From: Antedon mediterranea
Taxonomy: Eukaryota; Animalia; Echinodermata
Direction of reading: 5' to 3'
DNA length: 64,000 bases
Assembly: GCF_964355755.1 (NCBI RefSeq)
Contig: NC_092674.1
Location: 22,754,001-22,818,000 of the forward strand
Shown here: one piece after another, positions 55,401-64,000 of the stretch
Layout: each line of letters begins with the position of its first letter
How positions within the stretch are numbered: the stretch's first letter is position 1
The notes under the pieces: model-generated
The model's database searches: none
Told to the model about the DNA's origin: nothing
What the model saw: only the letters and a program-made list of their open reading frames with translations
Made by a program: the position numbers and the translations under genes

Positions 55401-58400
55401 TTTTAGTAGAGTAAATGTTTTAAAAAATGGTTTTATTAGTAGATTAAGTCAAACTTATAATTCTTTTACTTTAAGAAACCCTGAGTTAGATATCTTTAGT
55501 AATAATTTCCGTAAGTTTCGTAACATTGTTAGTAGTTTAGTTTAATGTTTGTTATTGTATATGTTCGTGTTTGTCTGTGTTCCCTCCTGTAAGTGGTGAA
55601 CCATGAGCTCACTGTTGGTTGGAAAATGAATAAATAAATATTCTTGAATAAAGCTAGATTATGTTTTAAATATTCTACAAAACAACTTTAAAACAAGTTC
55701 AATCTTTTGACACATTGCGTTTCAATAAATGAAGATCACTTTACTAACCTGTGGCAATAACAACTTGGTAGTTTGTACCATCTAATGCCATTTTCATAAT
55801 GTTTACGGGATCTGCCCAATAAACCATTTCATCAACAGGATTGTACGCCATTGCATATGAACTGCATACATAAGGAATATCGGTAAAGACGAGGGATTGG
55901 CTTTGAATATCATCAGATTCCGTGTATGTGTAAGATATTTTCCAATTTGCTAAGCTTGATGTTAGAATCATGTATTCTGTAAAAGGTGTATAATGCTAGA
56001 TGTACATAAAGAAATATTAGAATTGTTGTATTGCATTGTGTCATTTTGATAATGACAATTTCTTTATTAGAATTTATACGCTAAAAAAATACAAATAAAA
56101 TATATCAAATTAAATTAAATACAGACCACCCTTTGGAACGACAATAACATTATTTTTCGAATGGTACCTAGCTTTTTAATGCTATGACTGTAACAGATGT
56201 ATGGAAGAGAACAACTTCAGATGTTTCCCAATTTCTGAAATATAGCTTTCTGTATGATATATAAAGTTGTATTATATTTTGTCTTGCACTATCTAAATTA
56301 ATATATGCTGCAAATATCACTGATGTTCCAAAATATGTATATACACAAGTTACAAATCTAATATATAATTTTATTTGGAACAATAAAAGGGAAAAGATAA
56401 AAAGAAAAACTCTAATTGGTGATGTTGAGATGGGAGGCATTAAAATGCCTGATTTTACTCTTCATGTTAACGCACTCATGTGTGGCTGGTTAAAAAGAAT
56501 TATGAATGATGATGGTGCTAAATGGAAAAATATTCCAATGTATTATATTAAAAAAATATGTGATGTTAATGTTTTACTTAATATGTCATGTTATAACATT
56601 ATTGATGTTAATTCTGATAAAATTCCACTGTTTTACAAAAATATGATAAAAGCCTACATAAATTATAACAGAATCTCTAAAAAAAAACCTGAAACTTATA
56701 ACGATATAATGAATGAGCAACTGTGGGGAAACCACTACGTTAAACTAAAAAAAAAACGCTTTTCTACAAGCATTGGATTGACAGTGGCATTATCAGTATT
56801 AAAGACATTGTTAATAAGAACACTTTTTTAACATCGAACGAAATACTGGTGAAACTACAATGTAAAACAAACTGGTTAAATGAGTATTTGTGCATTATTA
56901 AGGCAATACCAATTCAATGGAAACGTATTATTAAGGAGGTAGATATTTTCAATTGTGATGATAATGATGACGTAGTTGGGACTAAGTATGAGATTAATAC
57001 TACCAAACTAATATACTCATGGTTTGTGAAAGAATATTTCATTATTCCAATGTCACAACTAAAATGGGAAGAGTACTTCAATGATAACAACATTGATTGG
57101 AAAACTTCTTGGTTACGGAAAGTATGTAAAATGAAAGATAAGAAACTAGCACAATTCAATTATAAGATGTTACATAGAATACTGCCTACCAACAAACGGC
57201 TGTATCAGTGGAAAGTTAAGGAAACACAAACGTGTGACAAATGTGGAGAAATTGAAAATGAAAATCATTTGTTTTTTAGTTGTAGATTTATTCAGAAATA
57301 TTGGAGGAAAATGCTTAGTATCTTTGTAAGTTTAAATCACAATAATATATCATTTAAACAATTAATACTAGGAACGGGAGATAAGCTAATAGATTATATT
57401 TACACTTTTGCAGCATTTACTATTTATAGAATAAAAATGTTATCTGCACTAAATAAGCCAGTGGGTAAATCTTTATGGAATTCATTTAAAAGCAATATGT
57501 TATATAACATTGAATGTGAAACATATAACAATAAAGAAACAAGTATAGAAAAATGGGTAGCTTTAAGAAATAAGATTATGATAATATAAATTCTAACTTG
57601 ATACGATTAACCGAAAAGGAATTACAGTGATACGGGTTACTGGTGGTACTGAGCTATTATTGTTTTTTTTTATCATGTATATAAATATATTGTATAATCC
57701 GGGTTGTAAAATGAAAACAAACAAATGAAAATGTGTGAACTATTTTAAAACGGGATAGATGATAATGATGATCCTGTCAAGTGTATAACAAAATATAAGA
57801 AAATTAATGAAAAAAGGAGTAATACAGAATTCATATATGTAAAAATGTTACTTATGAACTGTAACGACATTTACAAGTTAAATAATACGATTTTATGTAA
57901 TATGAGATAATATGAATGTGAATAAAAGTGGTGTTTGCGCCACAAAAGAGAAAAAAAAAAAGTTGTATTATATTTAGTTGTTGGTTTTAAGACCTTGGGT
58001 AAGATAAGCAAATCTAACGCAGTTAGTCTGAACGTATAGATGGAACTGAACATTTTCCAATATTTTCTTTGACCTTCTCTTTTTTAATACCGTAAATCTA
58101 CATTCAAACTCGATATCGGTGCCGTTTTGTTAGATAATAGAAAATCTTATAAAGAATATAGCATAATTCTGGAAATATTTCTTCATTAACCATTCCTAAA
58201 TTGTTGTAATACTTATAATAGTACTATACTACTTTTTAAAATCAAAAGCAAACCAATTTTTTAATAAAATACGAATAAGCTAAATGTAATTACTACAATA
58301 TGTGTGCAACTAAACAGTGTAACTTGATGTTAATCGTACAATATTGAAAGCAAAATGTAATAACTTTATAAATAAACATCACTTACGTGAGTTGCTGCTC

Positions 58401-61400
58401 TTTATCAGCAGCATGATTGTAATAAATTACCATTCCCTAACATATAGAGTAACATAGTATTTACATGAACATTCTAGAATAAGATGTTTTGATTTAATAA
58501 ACCATGTATAATTAATAAGAACAATCAAGAACATTCCAGAAGTGCTATTAATAGAAACTGTAATCATGTAATAATGAGAAGTATAAAGAATGATCTAGAA
58601 GGATAGGAGCATCTTGTATATAAAGGGTTGTAAACTATTGTAAGGTTGTTGGATCAGAGGTTGGATTAGAGGTTGGATATTATATTGTAAAGTTATTGTG
58701 AAACTGTTGTTTAAAGTGCTTACTGGATTGTTGAAAGTTGAAGTTGATTGAAAATAAAGCTTTGTTTTTGAGTTATTTTACAACTTTGTGGATTTTGTGT
58801 GTATACTTTTATGTCACAAGGGAGTTCCTAAAGTATTTTCAACCGCTCGGAAACATACGTGAGAGGAGTTCGTGACATAATTTGGTGGCAGCGGTGTTCA
58901 GCCTAATTTGGTGGCAGCGGTTATTTCGATCTACTGTTCGACTTAACTGTGTATTTATCTACAGTACTGTTGTGATATTTTGTGGTAGCAGTTTGATCTA
59001 CTGTATTTTGCCATAGATTGGTGGCTGTTTAGGATCAACTGTACTTTTATTGATATTTTGAGGAAGTGGTACTTACGATACTGAGATATTTTACGGAAGC
59101 CGTGGTGCTACGTTTTGTTTAATCGTAAGTACACAAACATTGTTTTAAGAACAGTACATTATTTATTTGGAACAGTAGACTTGTGAACGTCTCGGTAACT
59201 ACGATTAACTAGTAACAAGACCCTCATCCAGATTTAAAAAATGGCTGATAAACAATCAACAACAAGATCCGGTAGAGAATACAGCGGCGGCGATGAAACT
59301 GATTCGGATGTAGAATCAGTTCAATCAATTCAACCTGAACAACAGGCAGAAGAGTCTGGACCAACCAGTGGACATAACCCTACAGGGGCTGACTCATTTT
59401 CAAAAGACTTTTTGTTGTTGATGCAGCAGCAAATGCAACAGCAGAATATTATGATGCAGCAGATGATGAAACAACAAGAACGTTCACGTCAAGAAGATAA
59501 TGAAAGACGTCGGGAAGATATAGAGAAACAAGAACGTTTACGCAAGGAAGATATAGAGAAACAAGAACGTTTACGCAAAGAAGATATGGAAAGACAAGAA
59601 CGTTTACGTAGGGAAGATATGGAGAAACAGCAAGCATTAGTAATGGCGTTAATGGACAAGCAAAAGGACAGTGAGGAGAAACGATTAAAAGACATAATGA
59701 GATTGAAGGAAGTTCAGATTGCAAAGCTTTCTGATAGTGATGATATTGAAAATTATCTCACTACGTTTGAACGTATTGCTAACACCTATGAGTGGCGAAA
59801 AGAACACTGGGTAGTAAAACTAATACCTCATTTGACAGGCAAAGCAAGAGCAGCCTATGCATCACTACCAGTGACAGAAAGTAACCAGTACGACATAGTG
59901 AAGAAAGCAATATTACAAAGGTATGACATAACTGAAGAGACATATAGGCAAAGGTTTAGGTCAATTAAAAAGAAAAGTGAAGAAAGTTATAGAGAAATGT
60001 ATGTTAGGTTAAAAGATTTATTTACTAAGTGGGCTAGGCCTGCTGATAAAAGCAAAGATGATTTAGCTGAAATTGTTATTTTAGAGCAATTGATAGATAT
60101 TATGCCCACAGGGGTACAAATTTGGGTTAAAGAACATAAACCAGATTCGGGATTAAATGCTGCGGAATTAGCAGATAATTATTTTCAAGCTAGAAAAGGT
60201 ATCGATTTTGAGAAAAAGTTTCAAAATAGAAAACACGAAAATAGAAACAACCAGGAGAAAACAGTGAAAGGCACTCCTGAAGTTGACAGTAAGGGTAATA
60301 ATAATCCCCCTGATAACTTTCATAAATCACAATCTGACGCTAGACAACCTCTCGTTTGTAGACGGTGCAAAAAAGTAGGCCACATAGAACGATTTTGTCG
60401 AAGTAAGGATGGCTTTTTGTCGACAAAGACAGATACTGTTTCAAAACCATGTACACCTTACATTTGTAGAGGCCTAGTTGAAGGATGTGATTGTGAAATT
60501 TTGATAGACTCTGGATGTGATATGACACTTGTTCATTCTGATTTAGTAGCGGCTAAGAAAATTAATCGCGCGGAGCAAGCTAAAATTACATGCAGGTGCG
60601 TCCATGACCATGTCCAAGCCTATCCTACTGCATTCGTCAATATTAAGATTAATAACGAAGACCATAATTTGTTGGTTGGCGTTTGCAGCGATTTACCAAG
60701 AGATGTAATTCTTGGTAGGGACTTTCCTAAATTTGGAGACTTATTAGGGAAGAGGGATAAGAATCATGATAGGCATAGTTTTGTTGCCACTAGAGATCAT
60801 GCTAGAAAAGAAAAACTAAGAGAGGAAAACGAATTAAAGTCGGAAAAAGCTTCTGGGGTTATTTCACATCAGTTAGATGATGTGGTTAATTTTCAAGAAG
60901 AATTTGGACATTTAGATGGCCAACTACTCAGTAACAACCCTCCCAAGGAAAAAGTTCATAAAACCAGAAGTGAGAAACGAAAAGTTAGGAAAGAGTTTGC
61001 AAAAACAAAGGAAGCTCAATCTAGCCAAGATAGTGAATTAGACATTTTAGATATTGGCAGAGATAAAATTAAGGATTATCAGGTTAAGGATAGAACTTTA
61101 ATTTCACTTCGAGAACAGATGTTAGTACAGAAGGATGATGACACTATAAAGATAGTCTGTAAGGATGGAATTTTATTTAGGCAGGTTTTCACTAAACACC
61201 AGACAGAACCAATAGAGCAATTAGTAGTTCCATACCCTTGCCGTAATAGTGTATTGAAAGTCTCACATGATATTCCTTTGGCAGGTCATTTAGGTAGGAA
61301 AAAGACATTAGATAGGATAAAGCAAAGATTCTTTTGGCCTGGTATTAGAAAGGATGTGACTGAATATTGCAAGATTTGTCAGAAAACTTCAAAGTATAGA

Positions 61401-62112
61401 ACTAAATTTAAGGACTTTATGATTCCTATGTCAGTAATTAGTGAACCATTCGGACAAATTTACATGAATGTTGTTTGTTCATTATTAGTAATTATTAATA
61501 ATTATGTTCCATGTTATTATGGCGTATTTAAGTTTTATAGACTAGGAGTGGGTTAAATTTTGCCACGTCCGTGTATACTAGCCCCTCAAAACTCCAAGAA
61601 AGAGTTTTGAGCTCAGAAAGAGGGGGGAGTGTAATAAATTACCATTCCCTAACATATAGAGTAACATAGTATTTACATGAACATTCTAGAATAAGATGTT
61701 TTGATTTAATAAACCATGTATAATTAATAAGAACAATCAAGAACATTCCAGAAGTGCTATTAATAGAAACTGTAATCATGTAATAATGAGAAGTATAAAG
61801 AATGATCTAGAAGGATAGGAGCATCTTGTATATAAAGGGTTGTAAACTATTGTAAGGTTGTTGGATCAGAGGTTGGATTAGAGGTTGGATATTATATTGT
61901 AAAGTTATTGTGAAACTGTTGTTTAAAGTGCTTACTGGATTGTTGAAAGTTGAAGTTGATTGAAAATAAAGCTTTGTTTTTGAGTTATTTTACAACTTTG
62001 TGGATTTTGTGTGTATACTTTTATGTCACAAGGGAGTTCCTAAAGTATTTTCAACCGCTCGGAAACATACGTGAGAGGAGTTCGTGACAATGATAAACAA
62101 ATATTGAAACAT
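40242..62112 (-). CDS. Predicted secreted protein (~1060 aa): signal peptide + 3 LDLR-class-B/YWTD-like beta-propeller modules + S/T/Q-rich linkers + PAN/apple-like domain; exon 1 interrupted by an LTR retrotransposon
   Basis: 27 AG/GT exons on the minus strand splice in frame (about 3190 nt). Propeller motifs MAYNPVDEMVYWAD, LDVERQNLYF, MDFDESSGYIY, LSVDPTGQMIFWTD recur three times. No stop or frameshift in any exon apart from the LTR insertion. Confidence 0.8.
40754..42719 (-). CDS. Propeller module 3 (exons 42492-42719, 42130-42286, 41567-41682, 40754-41056)
   Basis: Exon sizes 228/157/116/303 nt, canonical splice sites, open frame; ORFs 42481..42762, 42120..42350, 40707..41174. Confidence 0.88.
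41774..42031. mobile_element. Degenerate MITE in a propeller-gene intron
   Basis: Imperfect TIR gtgtttccacagcc / ggctgcggaaacac. Confidence 0.5.
43115..46168 (-). CDS. Array of 11 phase-1 mini-exons encoding a Ser/Thr/Gln-rich linker
   Basis: Exons 46124-46168, 45901-45924, 45531-45575, 45274-45318, 45018-45062, 44762-44806, 44512-44550, 44285-44329, 43964-44011, 43530-43571, 43115-43159(43162). Each is a multiple of 3 nt with an AG acceptor and mostly gtgagt donors, e.g. TTSDQTTQQSSSQQ. Confidence 0.8.
43232..43460 (-). mobile_element. Deu/Nin-domain-like SINE fragment
   Basis: Minus strand reads tcttctcggataaggactataaacc...tcgagacgagtaggtattatcccggtgaattggtcc. Confidence 0.5.
43930..45600. 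repeat. ~256-bp tandem repeat, each unit carrying one mini-exon
   Basis: Exon ends at 44762, 45018, 45274, 45531 (spacing 256, 256, 257); more diverged units at 44512, 44285, 43964. Confidence 0.9.
46330..46463. mobile_element. Truncated or nested remnants of the same MITE family
   Basis: Two left TIRs in tandem (gcgtggttcccactag, aagcgtggttctcactag) without right TIRs. Confidence 0.6.
46930..48471 (-). CDS. Propeller module 2 (exons 48244-48471, 47759-47915, 47527-47642, 46930-47184)
   Basis: Exon sizes 228/157/116/255 nt, canonical splice sites, open frame; ORFs 48224..48466, 46838..47209. Confidence 0.88.
48579..49158 (-). CDS. Two S/T/Q-rich linker exons (49084-49158, 48579-48629)
   Basis: 75 and 51 nt, phase 1-1; SSTQQLSSTTVAAMPTTLSQSQQT and SNFNVQQTTPLSTTGH; gtaagt and gtgaga donors. 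Confidence 0.75.
49655..49882 (-). mobile_element. RTE-clade LINE 3' fragment with (TGA)n tail and 12-bp TSD
   Basis: ...HGKRKRGRQR...LAKDRCGWRKLV..* followed by (tga)n; TSD acataattatat at 49643-49654 and 49883-49894. Confidence 0.85.
50022..55976 (-). CDS. Propeller module 1 (exons 55749-55976, 51874-52030, 50645-50760, 50022-50276)
   Basis: Exon sizes 228/157/116/255 nt, canonical splice sites, open frame; ORFs 55744..55971, 50014..50271. Confidence 0.88.
52133..52314. mobile_element. MITE, same family as 24517-24708
   Basis: aagcttggttctcac ... gtgagaaccacgctt; shared internal atgtttgcagcact..cgtcg..ttccc..ttgtgattac. Confidence 0.75.
52325..55640 (+). mobile_element. CR1/L2-group LINE (APE endonuclease + RT ORF2 with two frameshifts), antisense in intron 2 of the propeller gene
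   Basis: ORFs 52590..54275, 54272..55336, 55297..55545: YQNIRSL, AFTETWL, IYRPP, GDLN, SDH; NYRPISLL, DFSKAFD, GVPQGSILGP, FADD; (aata)n tail near 55629-55640. 5' boundary approximate. Confidence 0.92.
52668..52691 (+). other. 2A-like (StopGo) motif DIEQNPGP at the N-terminus of LINE ORF2
   Basis: Exact match to D[V/I]ExNPGP immediately upstream of the APE domain. Confidence 0.8.
56280..57720 (+). mobile_element. 5'-truncated Tx1/L1-clade LINE fragment (post-RT region + zf-RVT), intron 1
   Basis: LALSKLIY...FIWNNKREKIKR...GGIKMPD...WLKR and FNYKMLHRILPTN...CDKCGEIENENHLFFSC; frameshift in A10 run at 56747-56756; boundaries approximate. Confidence 0.85.
58387..58417 (-). CDS. 3' part of the split signal-peptide exon (..IMLLIKSSNS|c gtaagt)
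   Basis: Phase-1 gtaagt donor at 58386; C + AA of exon 55976 gives Gln in frame; abuts the 5' LTR. Confidence 0.8.
58418..58877 (+). repeat. 5' LTR (460 bp)
   Basis: tgtaataaattacc...gttcgtgaca; contains tatataaa and aataaa; no difference from the 3' LTR seen by eye. Confidence 0.95.
58883..58921 (+). promoter_or_regulatory. Primer-binding site, tRNA-Leu type, present twice in tandem
   Basis: tggtggcagcggtg at 58883-58896 and tggtggcagcggt at 58909-58921, complementary to the ...CACCGCUGCCA-CCA 3' end of metazoan tRNA-Leu (from memory). Confidence 0.75.
59241..61556 (+). CDS. Retrotransposon Gag(SCAN-like)-CCHC-protease-truncated integrase polyprotein (771 aa)
   Basis: SCAN-like ETYRQRFR...ILEQLIDIMP...WVKEHKP; zinc knuckle CRRCKKVGHIERFC; protease LIDSG; integrase Zn-binding HDIPLAGHLG...FFWPG...CKIC; ends at EPFGQIYMN; no RT or RNase H. 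Confidence 0.9.
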   Translation: MADKQSTTRSGREYSGGDETDSDVESVQSIQPEQQAEESGPTSGHNPTGADSFSKDFLLLMQQQMQQQNIMMQQMMKQQERSRQEDNERRREDIEKQERLRKEDIEKQERLRKEDMERQERLRREDMEKQQALVMALMDKQKDSEEKRLKDIMRLKEVQIAKLSDSDDIENYLTTFERIANTYEWRKEHWVVKLIPHLTGKARAAYASLPVTESNQYDIVKKAILQRYDITEETYRQRFRSIKKKSEESYREMYVRLKDLFTKWARPADKSKDDLAEIVILEQLIDIMPTGVQIWVKEHKPDSGLNAAELADNYFQARKGIDFEKKFQNRKHENRNNQEKTVKGTPEVDSKGNNNPPDNFHKSQSDARQPLVCRRCKKVGHIERFCRSKDGFLSTKTDTVSKPCTPYICRGLVEGCDCEILIDSGCDMTLVHSDLVAAKKINRAEQAKITCRCVHDHVQAYPTAFVNIKINNEDHNLLVGVCSDLPRDVILGRDFPKFGDLLGKRDKNHDRHSFVATRDHARKEKLREENELKSEKASGVISHQLDDVVNFQEEFGHLDGQLLSNNPPKEKVHKTRSEKRKVRKEFAKTKEAQSSQDSELDILDIGRDKIKDYQVKDRTLISLREQMLVQKDDDTIKIVCKDGILFRQVFTKHQTEPIEQLVVPYPCRNSVLKVSHDIPLAGHLGRKKTLDRIKQRFFWPGIRKDVTEYCKICQKTSKYRTKFKDFMIPMSVISEPFGQIYMNVVCSLLVIINNYVPCYYGVFKFYRLGVG
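61630..62089 (+). repeat. 3' LTR (460 bp)
   Basis: Direct repeat of 58418-58877, preceded by the PPT. Confidence 0.95.
62090..62112 (-). CDS. 5' part of the split signal-peptide exon (MFQYLFI..)
   Basis: ATG at 62112-62110 in an aaaATG context; joining across the ATGAT TSD gives MFQYLFIMLLIKSSNS-Q. Confidence 0.8.
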
Positions 62113-62633
62113 TTTATTTGTAGTAATCTTCTATAAGCTTAGGTGGCAAAAAGATGTTCACATTTGACAGATATTTTGGATATTTTAAAGAGCTATATTT
62201 GTAGAACTTTTAGCGCGAACCCTTTTACTCACTACTTTATACTTGCTGTACTGACAGTAAAAACTCTAAAGCCTCGACTTATAGCTTAGAATTATATATT
62301 TACGACTTTTAGCGTTCTATTATTCTTTTACAATTATTCTTCTAGTAGGCTAAGAGGATGTTTTATGGTGATCTATAAAACTATAATTTGTTCACAATTT
62401 CAATGAAATAAGAAATGTTATTACTAATATGATATAGTTTCGAATTATTTTTATTAGGATATCTGTATACATCTCGTCAAAAATATAACTTTAAGAGTTC
62501 ATAATGTACTATGTTGAAACTAGAATCACTCAAAAAGTGACGTCATACTGTACGGTAACCAATATATATTTTTACTAAGGTCAAATAATCTAGGCTTATA
62601 TTACTTTCGTAAATTGTTAATAAGATGGATTCA

Positions 62634-62774
62634 TTTTTACGACTCAACAGCTTGCTATGTCGGCCGGTTGATTGGTTGATTGTTTGGTTGGTTTGGTTGG
62701 TCGGTTGGTCGGTCGGTCGGTAAACACTAACTCAAATTTGCGCACGCGCGTGCAGCCATGTATATGGCCTTGTT
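62634..62774 (+). mobile_element. Short copy of the same Helentron/DINE-like family
   Basis: ctatgtcgg-(ggtt/ggtc)n-taaacactaact...gcagccatgtatatggccttgtt, as at 37076-37777. Confidence 0.7.
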
Positions 62775-64000
62775 GTTAATTATGTTAACTTAAACAGCCA
62801 ATGTCTATGATGCCTATTTAATATTAGCTTACAACATATCTAAATAATTATATTGCTTTCCTCTTCTTTCAGACAGACTTCTGTGCAGTGCCACGCAATA
62901 GGCCGGTGAATAATGCGACTAAAAAACATAGTGTTGCTAAGTAAATGCACCGTCTCTGCTCTGCTAAATGCAACTTTGCCTCTCTGAACAAAACAAATCA
63001 GCTTAAGAACATTATTATGTGTAGGCCTTTAACGCAAAGAAAAGGATGACTTCTCTGTCAATGGTCTTTTAAAGAATACATGACATAAAAAGTTAATCTT
63101 TTAAAGTGCAATAGTATATTTATTTTACAATCTTAATTGTGCTGCAAAAATCACTAGTTACAAGTTATAAGAAAACATACAGAGAATTCGTCACTACGCA
63201 ATACTTTATAATGCGCACTATTTACTTATAAGGTTAACATTGCGGCTACCAGTACAAACCATACTTTAATGACTATTGATTATCGATGGTTTGTATTCAA
63301 CTAGGTCGTCGCGTAATTAGCTTATAAATTTTAGCAAATATCATTCCTTCTTTCTTGCACTACATAAAATGGGTTTTAAAATGAAATATTCTGTTTTATA
63401 ACTGCTATAAATTTCTTTAATAACGACGTAACATGAATTGATATATACGCTATAAATTGTTCTACTCAGACTTATAATATATACAAATTCGATCCTTTGT
63501 ACTGTATAGACTATAATAAATAACATATAATAGATGTTTGCCACAAGTGATTGTGTACCGTATCTCATGCGACAATACACACAGAATGTATATGAAATAT
63601 ACAAATGCCATATTGCTTGTATCCAAGATGCTGCACTCTCACATTCGGATAGAACGTAAAGTCATTGGTTCCGTGTACATACAATTATCTTTCTTTCTTT
63701 CTTTATCTTTTTATTTCGGAATATCATGGTGACATAATATTATATCCATAGCAAAAGAGAGAGAAAAAAAATCTTAATCTAACAGCTCATAGAACAAAAA
63801 CAAAGATATGTAAATATATAAAAAATTATAAAAATGTGCACGATAATGAATTTGTTTTCCTGACATAGTGTAACATAATCAACTTTTTTTCAATTCAACA
63901 GTAAATGTTATTCTTCATACATATTTCTAATTTCTCCCCATGTCAAAAGCTAAATTCATACGTACTTTATGACGCATTCTCGGACTTTCCTTATTCGGAA

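Larger units (their letters stand above)
58418..62089 (+). mobile_element. Ty3/Gypsy (Gmr1-like) LTR retrotransposon, internally deleted, non-autonomous
   Basis: TG...CA LTRs at 58418-58877 and 61630-62089, 5-bp TSD ATGAT (58413-58417 and 62090-62094), PBS tggtggcagcggt, polypurine tract agaaagaggggggag at 61615-61629. Confidence 0.95.

Noticed and set aside
59449-59724. Antisense ORFs over the gag 33-bp coding repeat (EDIEKQERLRK)
   Set aside because: Shadow ORFs of the repetitive Gag coiled-coil region.
62065-62073. Cryptic donor CAC|gtatgt in the antisense 3' LTR that might rescue exon 1
   Set aside because: It is phase 0 whereas exon 55976 needs phase 1; splicing gives AAT ACA TGA, an immediate stop.
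62236-62241. Minus-strand TATAAA about 125 nt upstream of the signal-exon ATG
   Set aside because: Common by chance in AT-rich DNA, and an adjacent gtgagt could instead mark a 5' UTR exon; not supportable without TSS data.

Overview
AT-rich, intron-rich eukaryotic (invertebrate metazoan-like) genomic DNA with two convergent multi-exon genes in a repeat-rich background. (1) + strand, 6917-25157: 14 in-frame GT-AG exons of a GABA-B-receptor-like class C GPCR. The N-terminal exons were not found and probably lie upstream of the window. Several canonical GABA-contact residues are substituted and the C-tail is short with no coiled coil. (2) - strand, 62112-40242: a predicted secreted protein of about 1060 aa with a signal peptide, three four-exon YWTD-like beta-propeller modules without EGF domains, S/T/Q-rich linkers built from 13 symmetric phase-1 mini-exons (several in a 256-bp tandem array), and a C-terminal PAN/apple-like exon. 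Its signal-peptide exon is split by a very recent 3.7-kb LTR retrotransposon: 460-bp LTRs identical by eye, ATGAT target-site duplication, doubled tRNA-Leu-type PBS, and an intact Gag(SCAN-like)-protease-truncated integrase ORF with no RT, i.e. a non-autonomous Gmr1-like element. The introns also hold a CR1/L2-type LINE with a 2A-like DIEQNPGP motif, a Tx1-like fragment and an RTE fragment. The rest of the window is MITEs, Helentron/DINE-like elements, Deu/Nin-type SINE fragments and several minisatellites. All calls come from manual reading and translation; no database searches were run.
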